Part shown: piece by piece, positions 9,344 through 17,321 of the stretch
Position numbering within the stretch: the stretch's first letter is position 1
How the letters are laid out: each line of letters begins with the position of its first letter
Assembly (NCBI RefSeq): GCF_001897375.1
Contig: NZ_MKSU01000002.1
Location: 29,040-93,039 of the forward strand
From: Sphingomonas sp. 67-36
GTDB taxonomy: Bacteria > Pseudomonadota > Alphaproteobacteria > Sphingomonadales > Sphingomonadaceae
DNA length: 64,000 nucleotides
Direction of reading: 5' to 3'
The notes under the pieces: generated by a model
What the model was told of the DNA's origin: nothing
The model's input: only the letters and a program-made list of their open reading frames with translations
Databases searched by the model: none
Position numbers and translations under genes: made by a program

Positions 9344-10645
9344 ATGCTGCTGCCTGTCCACTATTGCGATCGACCCGTCGCGACGATTCTGGCTGATGCT
9401 GATGACGTGCGCCTCAGCTACGACGCGAACTGGCTGACCGCACCCGATCGCTTTCCGATCTCGCTCACCATGCCGCTTGGCGATGCGCATTATGACGCCG
9501 CCACGATCCTGCCCTGGCTGATGAATCTGCTGCCCGAAGGCGAACCCCTGCGGGCAATGACACGTGCGCTGGGTGTCTCGGTGGAAGACGTGCTCGGCCT
9601 TATCATGGAGATTGGTAGCGATCTTGCCGGCGCGCTCTCCATCGGCTCCGCGGAACAGCAGGGATCGCCTGCCTATCGCGTCATTCCGGATGCCGCCGCG
9701 CTGGAACGCATCATTACCGACCTGCCGGCGCGCCCCTTTCTCGTCGGCGAAGACGGTGTCTCGATGAGCCTGGCCGGAGCGCAGGACAAGCTGCCGGTTG
9801 CTTTGCGCGGGGATCGGCTGGCTATTCCGGTCAATGGCGCGCCCTCCACACACATATTGAAGCCCGACAATCGTCGTCTGCCCGATAGCGTTCAGAATGA
9901 AGCGCTGTGCATGGTTCTCGCGCGCCGCATCGGATTACCGACCGCGCCTGTCACCACGGGCAGGGCCGGCGAGCGCTCCTATCTGCTGGTGACGCGCTAT
10001 GATCGTGAGATCGGCGAATATGACGCCCGTCGCATCCATCAGGAAGATTTCTGTCAGGCCCTGGGCCGGGTGCCCGCGGCCAAATATGAGCTCAACCGGA
10101 CTGGACGACATGGGCCATCGGTGGCGGATATGTTCGCACTGCTACGCCAGCACATGACCGCCCGCGATATCACCCGGCTTCTCGATGCCGTGATTTTCAA
10201 CATTGCGATCGGCAATGTGGATTCGCACGCCAAGAATTATTCCATTCTTCTGCCTGCTGAAGGCCCGAGCCTCGCACCGCTTTATGATCTGATGTCCGGC
10301 CTGGCCTGGGACGGGATCACGCAAAACCACGCCCAGGCCATCGGTGGCCAGCGCCGCGGACGGCATATTTATGGACGCCATTGGCAGCGCATGGCTGGCG
10401 CCTGCGGCCTCGCCGCAAAAGCTACGGTTCGCCGCGTTGGCGATGTCACGAAACGGCTGCTCCGTGAGTTGCCCGCCGCGACCGAAGAGGTCGCAAACAT
10501 GCCAGCAGGATCCGGGTTCATGCTCGGCACTTTCTCGCACGCAATCGAAGAACGCATCCGCGAAGTTCAGTTGCATGCACAGCAGGAAGGCGATGATGAT
10601 CAGTCAGGCGATGCAAGCGCGGCTATTGGCGATTCTGCTTACTGA
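9344..10645 (+). CDS. hipA: HipA-family Ser/Thr kinase toxin, module 2
   Basis: SLAGAQDKLPV, GNVDSHAKNYSIL, 433 aa. Confidence 0.85.
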   Translation: MLLPVHYCDRPVATILADADDVRLSYDANWLTAPDRFPISLTMPLGDAHYDAATILPWLMNLLPEGEPLRAMTRALGVSVEDVLGLIMEIGSDLAGALSIGSAEQQGSPAYRVIPDAAALERIITDLPARPFLVGEDGVSMSLAGAQDKLPVALRGDRLAIPVNGAPSTHILKPDNRRLPDSVQNEALCMVLARRIGLPTAPVTTGRAGERSYLLVTRYDREIGEYDARRIHQEDFCQALGRVPAAKYELNRTGRHGPSVADMFALLRQHMTARDITRLLDAVIFNIAIGNVDSHAKNYSILLPAEGPSLAPLYDLMSGLAWDGITQNHAQAIGGQRRGRHIYGRHWQRMAGACGLAAKATVRRVGDVTKRLLRELPAATEEVANMPAGSGFMLGTFSHAIEERIREVQLHAQQEGDDDQSGDASAAIGDSAY

Positions 10646-11065
10646 TCCAGATCGCACGACAATCATACGAATGTCCACAATGTCGGACGATCCGGAACGG
10701 CGGCTTCGTAGATCAGAAGACGGGACGGCAGACATTCGATTGCGTCGGTGTCGACGTCAGGAACCGACCAACACACACCGTTCCGATGCAATGCGGGAAT
10801 GTCCGCTCACGCCGGAACCGGCCAATCTCAACGCTGATAGCAGCTGGGCAGCAACGCGCCCAAATATCGGACGTTCAGCCTGCCTCCGCACCCGCCCGGA
10901 ACCTGCCATTCGTTCATACGGCCGAGATCGCCGTAGGTACGACGGCCAATGGGACAAAGTGGCGGATGAGGTTGGGCAGCTCAAACGTTCGACCCTCCCA
11001 AGATCAGCCATTCAAACTGCCTCGGGGCGCGTCTGATAACTGTCATATACTCCGGGCGGCCCTTA

Positions 11066-11932
11066 TCACTCCGCGGGTTCGCGCGGTGCTGCCAGTTCTG
11101 ACTCGGGTTGCATTTTCGCATAGTTCAAGGACCAGCGGAGCAGCAGCCTCCCGCCACAGTCGCAGGGAATGGTGCCCCACTCGTGCCTGGCCATTTTCTC
11201 GATAGAGGCGGAGGTCACAAAGTGCGTCCTTCCGCACAAGCATTCCAGGTCGCGCCCCCGTCTGGCGAACTCATATTCGCCTTCGCTGATCTCGACATAC
11301 CATGTCTCGGCGCATTCCGGATTAATGCAGCTGACGATCTTGCCCTCTGGGAGGCATTGCATCCGGCGTTTGTTGGTCGCGCCGCACAGGCACTCGAACT
11401 TGACCTCTTTACCAAGCCCCGTGGAGATCATCGTGCCGGTTGCGATGCGCTCGATCTCGGCTAGCGCCACTTCGACCTGCTTTCTGATTTTGGTGGCGTC
11501 ACCATATTGCTTGACCTGATCCGCCTTGTTGACCGGCAAGTTGGCATGCAGCGCCACGTTGGAGAGGGCGTTCCAGAGCTTCTGGACATAATTCGCCTTG
11601 AAGCCGACCTGGGTGCCGATCTTGATATATTCCTGCGCCTCGTAGTCTTCCCGTGTCGGCTCGAGGCCACTAGGCAATGGATGGCGGCTCATCGAGAGCG
11701 TGTAGGTGTCAGCCACATGGGGATCGACGCCCTCGGTAAGTATCTTGATCACCCGAGCCGGCTGCCATCGGATCTCGTCATGCGAGATATAGTCATGCAT
11801 GGCGCGCAGCCGTTCATAACAGATCCGCTCCAGGGCGAGCCTGCACTCCAGCGCAGCATAGGTCAGGTTGCGCGGGGAACCTTCTTCAAGTTGTGCTCGG
11901 ATGGTGGCGATGCTGTCACTCAGGTCGATCAT
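11066..11932 (-). CDS. hypothetical protein: helical N-domain plus duplicated Cys-rich (zinc-ribbon-like) C-terminal modules
   Basis: Two ECLCG(A/R)T...C..C units (FECLCGATNKRRMQCLPEGKIVSCINPECAE and LECLCGRTHF...IPCDCGG). Third-position codon bias supports coding. Confidence 0.6.
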   Translation of the reverse strand: MIDLSDSIATIRAQLEEGSPRNLTYAALECRLALERICYERLRAMHDYISHDEIRWQPARVIKILTEGVDPHVADTYTLSMSRHPLPSGLEPTREDYEAQEYIKIGTQVGFKANYVQKLWNALSNVALHANLPVNKADQVKQYGDATKIRKQVEVALAEIERIATGTMISTGLGKEVKFECLCGATNKRRMQCLPEGKIVSCINPECAETWYVEISEGEYEFARRGRDLECLCGRTHFVTSASIEKMARHEWGTIPCDCGGRLLLRWSLNYAKMQPESELAAPREPAE

Positions 11933-12140
11933 TTAGCTCCAATAGCACGGACGATCGGCGGAAGAATCAACTCGTCGGAAAAGAAGCGGTTCTGGAGAAC
12001 ATCGACGAGGCCGTCCTCCATTCGATTCTCGGGCTGAATAGCTTGGAATAGGACGGGAACAAGGTGCCCCGTCGGTGGGTGCGGAGGATGAGTTCCAAAT
12101 TCTCACGCGAATCCCCATCTCGGGCGCGAAGGAGGAGGAA

Positions 12141-12905
12141 ATGGCCGAAGTCTTTGCGCCGCACGATCCCGACCGATGCTGTCTGTGCGGCTCGGCGCAG
12201 GACCTGACGGGCGAGCACAAGGTGAAGGCGTCGACGATCAGGTCGCTGTTCTCGGGCGAGCCGATGATGATCGGCACGTTCGACGAAGGGGCGCGTCCTC
12301 GTCGGGCGCAGAGCTCCAAGTCTAAGGCTTTCCACTTCCAGTCGAGGGTCTGCGCCGCCTGCAACTCGACGAGGACGCAGGACGCAGACGTCGAGTTCGC
12401 GCGCTTCGACGAGGCAGCGCGGGAGTTGCTCGCGCAGGGCGCCGATCCCGCAACCGCGTTCGATGATCCGCGCTACGCCCTGGGGAGCGCGCCTTACCTG
12501 AACGTCTTCCGGTATCTGGCGAAGGTTCTGGCCTGCCACATCGCGGAAGTGGGCGGTCCGCGCTTCACGGCTCTTGTGGACTTCGCGATCGGGCGCAGCG
12601 ACGCGAACCCCGTGAGCGTCCGCATGGGGGCGGACGGCCGGTTCCAGTTCTGGTTCGACCACACCGGCGATCCGGAGTTTGCCGGGCACGGCGGCCTCGG
12701 CGCCACGTTCTCGAAGCGCACCGGGCTGGCGAACGGCTTCGCGTCCTCGTTGACGCATGGGGCGCTCCGATACGAGTTCGGGATCAGCTTCAACTGGATG
12801 ATCGGCCTCCTCCTGCGCCTCCAGCACCCCACCTTCCACCAGCGTCTCGCCGAAGTCCGTCGCGATGCGCTTGCCGCTGCCGACAGCGCGTCCGAGGCCG
12901 CCTGA
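12141..12905 (+). CDS. hypothetical protein with an HNH-like treble-clef motif
   Basis: CCLCGSAQDLTGEHKV ... VCAACNSTR (CxxC..EH..CxxCN). GGAGGAGGA RBS immediately upstream of the ATG at 12141. Confidence 0.5.
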   Translation: MAEVFAPHDPDRCCLCGSAQDLTGEHKVKASTIRSLFSGEPMMIGTFDEGARPRRAQSSKSKAFHFQSRVCAACNSTRTQDADVEFARFDEAARELLAQGADPATAFDDPRYALGSAPYLNVFRYLAKVLACHIAEVGGPRFTALVDFAIGRSDANPVSVRMGADGRFQFWFDHTGDPEFAGHGGLGATFSKRTGLANGFASSLTHGALRYEFGISFNWMIGLLLRLQHPTFHQRLAEVRRDALAAADSASEAA

Positions 12906-12919
12906 CCCGGACGCATGGG

Positions 12920-13654
12920 CTAATTGTGGCTCACGCTGCCCATCGCGTAGCCCGAGCCGAACGACCCGCGCGCGGCATCGGCGGCGTCGGCCGACTTCAT
13001 GAAGAGGTCCAGATTGAGCGGGTGGCGGTGGATCTCTTCCGAGAACTTCGCGTCGGCGGCGGCCTCCGCCTCGATCGAGGCGGTGATCTCGGCCAGCTTT
13101 TCGTAGTAGACCGCACGCATTAGGTTCAACGCGGTCTCGATCTGCTGACGGGCGCGCCGCACGAGGTTTCGATCCACGGTCTGCCGCCTGGTCACCACGC
13201 CGACCTTCGCTTCCGCCCCGCTGAACTGGAGGATGACGAGCTCGGCCTGCCATTCGCCGCCGTAGCTTCCGCCGGAGCCGAAATGGGCGATCGCGCTGTC
13301 GCGCAGATCGCTCAGCTCCTTGTGGACGATCTTCTCCTCGTCGCCGAAGCGGGTTCGCAGATCGAAGCCGCCTCGTTCCTTCGACTCTGTCTTGGTCGCA
13401 CGGACGTAGAGCACGAGCGCGTTGTTGAGCAGCGCCGACTCGGTGATGAGCTTGCGGTGGTCGTCGGGATCGGCCGGAACGGTCAGCTCCGCCTCCAGCG
13501 CATCGATGCTCTCCATCGCCATCACGAGATCGGTCGACAGCGAATGGAGGTCGCGCGCGCGCCGGATCTGGTTCGCAAGCGGGATGAGCCGCTTCTCGGC
13601 GAAGAAGCGGTCGGCGAAGGCGGAGAGGTTGTAGGTCGGGTCCGGTGCGGTCAT
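12920..13654 (-). CDS. HEPN-like protein (Rx5H motif), paralogue of 28036-28773
   Basis: LYVRATKTESKERGG...HKELSDLRDSAIAH. The pattern LY.RAT...ERG...H....LR(D/N).A(I/M)AH is shared with the 28 kb gene. Confidence 0.55.
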   Translation of the reverse strand: MTAPDPTYNLSAFADRFFAEKRLIPLANQIRRARDLHSLSTDLVMAMESIDALEAELTVPADPDDHRKLITESALLNNALVLYVRATKTESKERGGFDLRTRFGDEEKIVHKELSDLRDSAIAHFGSGGSYGGEWQAELVILQFSGAEAKVGVVTRRQTVDRNLVRRARQQIETALNLMRAVYYEKLAEITASIEAEAAADAKFSEEIHRHPLNLDLFMKSADAADAARGSFGSGYAMGSVSHN

Positions 13655-13722
13655 CGCTGGAATTTAGGAGCGGGCGGGCGCACTTCAAACACATAGGGCT
13701 GGCACGGCGGAGGGATCGGGAG

Positions 13723-14553
13723 ATGGGCATGGCGGACCGCGAGGATAGGGCTACGGAGTTCGCGCGGTGGGATAGCTTTTCGCGCTTCGCGCGGCACGTC
13801 CGCTTCACCGGTCGATACGTCTGGGGCGACGAGGAAAGGGCCTTCCTGGAAACGGTGCTCGCAACGATCCACGACCGGGACGTGCATTTCAAGGAGGGGC
13901 GGACCTTCTACCGCGCCCAGCTCGGCGTCGATTTCCTCGATCAGAAGGACGAGGACGGCAACTGGACGGGCGAGGAGATCGTGGGATTCGGAGCCAAGCG
14001 GATGAAGCCTTTAACCGACCGCGTCCGCGAGGGAAGAGCGAACCCTATCGGCATACCGGCGCTCTACGTGGGCACGACCATCGAGACGGCGATATCGGAG
14101 GTGAGGCCCTGGATCGGTGCGGACGTCTCGCTCGCCTGGTGCCGGCTGGTGAAGCCCATGCGGACGCTCGACCTTACGCAGGGCCATGGCAGGACTTCGT
14201 TCGCCGGACCGGTGTTCCAGCATGTCATGGGCGGCCCGGACTTGACGCCGGCCGAAAAGGAGGAGGCCGTCTGGATCGACATCGACAACGCGTTTTCGGA
14301 GCCAGTCACTTCGACCGACGACCGCGCCGACTACGCGCCGACCCAGATATTGGCCGAGCTGTTCCGGAGCGCGGGATACGACGCGATCGGCTACAAGAGC
14401 CATTTCGGCGACGCCGGAGAGAAGCGTGGCTTCAACATAGCGATCTTCGATCCCGACGCCGTCGAGATCGTCGCCTGCGCGCCCTACCGAGTGGAGTCCA
14501 TCAAGGTCGAGGCCAAGCAGAACGGGAACGCCTGGTCCAAGGCCAGCGACTAG
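13723..14553 (+). CDS. RES-domain protein (NAD+-targeting toxin family) with an N-terminal extension of about 100 aa
   Basis: REGRANPIGIPALYVGTTIETAISEV (R..E), YAPTQILAELFRSAGYDAIGYKSHFG...GFNIAIFDP (S). GGAGGG RBS before the ATG at 13723. Confidence 0.7.
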   Translation: MGMADREDRATEFARWDSFSRFARHVRFTGRYVWGDEERAFLETVLATIHDRDVHFKEGRTFYRAQLGVDFLDQKDEDGNWTGEEIVGFGAKRMKPLTDRVREGRANPIGIPALYVGTTIETAISEVRPWIGADVSLAWCRLVKPMRTLDLTQGHGRTSFAGPVFQHVMGGPDLTPAEKEEAVWIDIDNAFSEPVTSTDDRADYAPTQILAELFRSAGYDAIGYKSHFGDAGEKRGFNIAIFDPDAVEIVACAPYRVESIKVEAKQNGNAWSKASD

Positions 14554-14762
14554 GCTGCCGCGTACCGGCGAGAACACCGTGGCGCTGGCGCCATCGGCGA
14601 TTTCGGGACCGCCGCTGATCTCGTGCAGCAAACCCGCCGTAATCTACCGCCGGGCGGTCGCGAACAAATTTCGCTGATACCGAACGGCGTAGCTGCGTGG
14701 AGCAACGTTCGCATTCTTGCCGACTATTTCGACTTCACTTGACGACTGTAGGGCAAGCGCTC

Positions 14763-15518
14763 CTACAGGAGCGCGGCGATGGCGTGGATCCATGCGGACA
14801 GCGTCTGAATGATCGAGTGGACCAGGACATGCAGAAAGGGCATCTCGGTCCAGATCTGCTCGCCCACCTCTTTGCCCAGACCGCCTAGGATGCCCGCTCC
14901 CACGGCGACGCCGGCCCATTTGCCGAAGCCTCCAAGCCTCGAGCCGAGCCCAGAGAAGCGATCACGCGCCTCCGTGAGCGTCGCGGCGTCGGCAGTGGTG
15001 ATGGCATCGGGCTTCACTAGCTCGCCGTGAACCGCGACGATGCTCTCTCGCAGACGCGCTATGTCGTCGTCGGTTAGCGTCAGCCGGAACTCGGTGGGCG
15101 GAGCGTTGTGCCCAATCATGCTGGAGAGCTGAGCTAGCCGCTCCAATGCCGCGTCGAGGGCGGAGAGCTGCTGTGGCAGCCGCTGCAGCATCGCCTCGAG
15201 GTCCTCTTGCTCGTCTTCGGGCGGCTCATCGTAAACGGGCTCGTGTTGCAGCCCGTAGGAGATGTCCTCAAGCAGCTCGTGCTCGCCGACGTCGGTCTCC
15301 TGCATGTTCTCGATGCCGATCGGATATTCCCAAAGACCCCACGCGAGGGTTCCTAGTTCCGGATGCTCAAAATCCGCCTGATAATGGACTTCGGGGCCCA
15401 TGTTGCGTTCGTCGGCGCCGATGGCCTCGAAGTCGAGCTCGTCGGCCTCGATCTCGTAGACGGCGCCCGTAGTGGCGTGTCGGATCCTCGCGGTCCCGCT
15501 GGCGGCGACGTAGGTCAT
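14763..15518 (-). CDS. hypothetical membrane-anchored protein (soluble N-domain, acidic linker, coiled coil, C-terminal hydrophobic helices)
   Basis: C-terminus GKWAGVAVGAGILGGLGKE...FLHVLVHSIIQTLSAWIHAIAALL. Start at 15518 (MTYVAAS) or 15554. Confidence 0.5.
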   Translation of the reverse strand: MTYVAASGTARIRHATTGAVYEIEADELDFEAIGADERNMGPEVHYQADFEHPELGTLAWGLWEYPIGIENMQETDVGEHELLEDISYGLQHEPVYDEPPEDEQEDLEAMLQRLPQQLSALDAALERLAQLSSMIGHNAPPTEFRLTLTDDDIARLRESIVAVHGELVKPDAITTADAATLTEARDRFSGLGSRLGGFGKWAGVAVGAGILGGLGKEVGEQIWTEMPFLHVLVHSIIQTLSAWIHAIAALL

Positions 15519-15591
15519 GTGGCGCAGGCTGCCGTTCGTAGTAGACAAAGGCAAGCATTCGGGTCGAGCCGAGTCTACGGGAGGGTCGCGC

Positions 15592-16428
15592 GTGGCGGGG
15601 ACTGAAGACGAGGGGAGGTTCTTCGATCACCGCATCAGCTTCGTGAATCACGCGGGCGAGCCTTCGTCACCGCTCGAGACGGTAGTCGCGATCGGGTTCT
15701 TCGATCCGACCATCGAGCTATTTCAGCCGTTCGCGACGGGCGTGTTCATCTCCGAAGTCGGACTCGTCTGCACTGCTAGGCACGTGCTCGAGTTCGAGCC
15801 CGCATTTCTGTCATCGATGCAGCATCTGTCGCCCCACAGCTTCGTCGCCGTGATGCAGCACTACGATGACCACACGATGGGCTATCGCGAGATCGTCGCG
15901 GCACATCCCCATCCGCGCTTCGACGTAGCGGTGGCGCGGCTGCAGCCGGTGGTCCATCTAAGGTCAGGAGAGAGCTTTTCGAACAAGGTGCTGGCGCTGA
16001 CCACCGACCGGTTCGAGATCGGCGACGCGGTCCACCAGTATTCGTATCCGGACCCGATCCTCTTCGATCAAGTCGACGGCCTGCAGCTCACGATGATTCC
16101 GCTGCTAACGGAAGGCAGGGTCATCGACTGGTTCCCGAAGGGCACGGGGAGCCTGTTCCCGTCGCCGTGCTACGTCATCGAAGGCTACATCGGAGCCGGC
16201 TCGAGCGGAGGTCCAGTGATGGATCGGACGGGCAGAGTGTTCGCCATAAGCTCGAGGGGCTGCACGGGCGGCGACTATTATTACGCCGTCCCGGTCCAGG
16301 CGATCGCCGACATCCGCATAACCTCCGTAATGCTCTCCTCGCCGCCCACAATCGAGGGGCCAACGGTGAAGGAGATGGTGTCGAGGGGCCTGATCTCCTT
16401 CGTCAAGCGTGTCGGCGAGGACGAATAA
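15592..16428 (+). CDS. trypsin-like (S1 family) serine protease with no signal peptide
   Basis: Catalytic triad context CTARHV (His), FDVAVARL (Asp), GAGSSGGPV (Ser). Likely GTG start at 15592 after GGGAGGG; the ORF track start is 15517. Confidence 0.7.
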   Translation: MAGTEDEGRFFDHRISFVNHAGEPSSPLETVVAIGFFDPTIELFQPFATGVFISEVGLVCTARHVLEFEPAFLSSMQHLSPHSFVAVMQHYDDHTMGYREIVAAHPHPRFDVAVARLQPVVHLRSGESFSNKVLALTTDRFEIGDAVHQYSYPDPILFDQVDGLQLTMIPLLTEGRVIDWFPKGTGSLFPSPCYVIEGYIGAGSSGGPVMDRTGRVFAISSRGCTGGDYYYAVPVQAIADIRITSVMLSSPPTIEGPTVKEMVSRGLISFVKRVGEDE

Positions 16429-16484
16429 CGCAACGGAGCGAGCGTCGGGACGCAATTCCGAGCGTAGGATGTTAGGGTGCGCAT

Positions 16485-17321
16485 ATGGCCGCCGAGGAGC
16501 ACAGGCTGCGCGTCGGGCGCTTGATCCGGGGAGATCGCAACGTCACCGATCTCGACCGGCTGTTCGCCGATCTCAGATTCGCGGATCCGGGGCGCCCGAC
16601 CGTCACCGAGATAGGAGACTTCGCCGCTCACCGCGAAGAGAGGAACAAGGGCATCGCGATGCGCCGCGTGGGCGACATCCAGATCAGCGCGCGCATTTGG
16701 GTGAGACAGCACTTTGGGATCGTCCCTTCGATCGAGGATACGAAGGCGGCGGGGTTCGCAAATCTGAAAATCGCCACCGACGAACAGATCCGAAGACGGT
16801 TGGGAACCAGCAGGCAGGTCGCCCGGTCGCAGTTCGTCCAGGGCCTCAAGCAGCTCGAGCTCGGGCGGTTGCCCAGTGCCAAGCAGAAGGCGGCCGTCAA
16901 TTATCTCGGAGGCAGTTTCGTCTGGCAGTTCGCTTTCGACGATGCGACGCTGGCGGGGGAATTCGCGGATGTTCTCATCGATTCTGGCGCCCTCGCCGCT
17001 TCGGATCGCGACGCCTTCCTCGGCATCGCGCCGTTCTTCGCTCTGCATGCGATCACGCTGATGCACGGCGCGCGCCTCGAACTTCCGGACGGGCAGTTCG
17101 CGCCCCTCCGGGCGGTCGTTCGTGACGAGACTGGGACGCTGCGGGTGGTGGCCGACGTGCCGGTTGAGAACTTCGGCAAGCCCATCGGCTGCATCGTGAC
17201 GATCTTCGAGACCGGGCTCGCTGCGGCAGATCATTGCGACGTCGATCTGCCCGGCGATCCGCACGCCACCATGTTCCCGTTGGAGATTGGCCGCGATGGG
17301 CGCCTCGTGGCGCTCGGATAG
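16485..17321 (+). CDS. hypothetical protein, co-directional with the protease (56 nt gap)
   Basis: 278 aa ORF with good third-position GC. Its stop TAG abuts the stop of the convergent SIR2 gene (TAGCTA at 17319-17324). Confidence 0.55.
   Translation: MAAEEHRLRVGRLIRGDRNVTDLDRLFADLRFADPGRPTVTEIGDFAAHREERNKGIAMRRVGDIQISARIWVRQHFGIVPSIEDTKAAGFANLKIATDEQIRRRLGTSRQVARSQFVQGLKQLELGRLPSAKQKAAVNYLGGSFVWQFAFDDATLAGEFADVLIDSGALAASDRDAFLGIAPFFALHAITLMHGARLELPDGQFAPLRAVVRDETGTLRVVADVPVENFGKPIGCIVTIFETGLAAADHCDVDLPGDPHATMFPLEIGRDGRLVALG

Noticed and set aside
8921-9853. Upstream two-thirds of the 442 aa minus-strand ORF 8525-9853
   Set aside because: It runs antisense through the hipB-2 operators and hipA-2, with low-complexity translation. 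Only the segment from the ATG at 8920 (MSFTRKP...) looks like real protein and fits the integrase N-terminus.
10646-11065. 420 bp gap after hipA-2, with several 60-230 aa ORFs on both strands
   Set aside because: The translations are Arg/Ser/Pro-rich with no motif, RBS or codon bias. I treat it as non-coding island DNA.
11967-13892. 641 aa minus-strand ORF spanning the HNH-like, HEPN-like and RES gene starts
   Set aside because: Its translation is Arg/Ala/Gly/Pro-rich low-complexity sequence, typical of shadow frames in GC-rich DNA. It overlaps three better-supported genes that have RBSs and recognisable motifs. The same reasoning rejects 1304-2536(-), 39662-40822(-), 46139-47419(-), 60707-62539(+), 61059-62747(-), 62593-63867(-), 36870-38846(+) and the many 60-250 aa ORFs nested in real genes.
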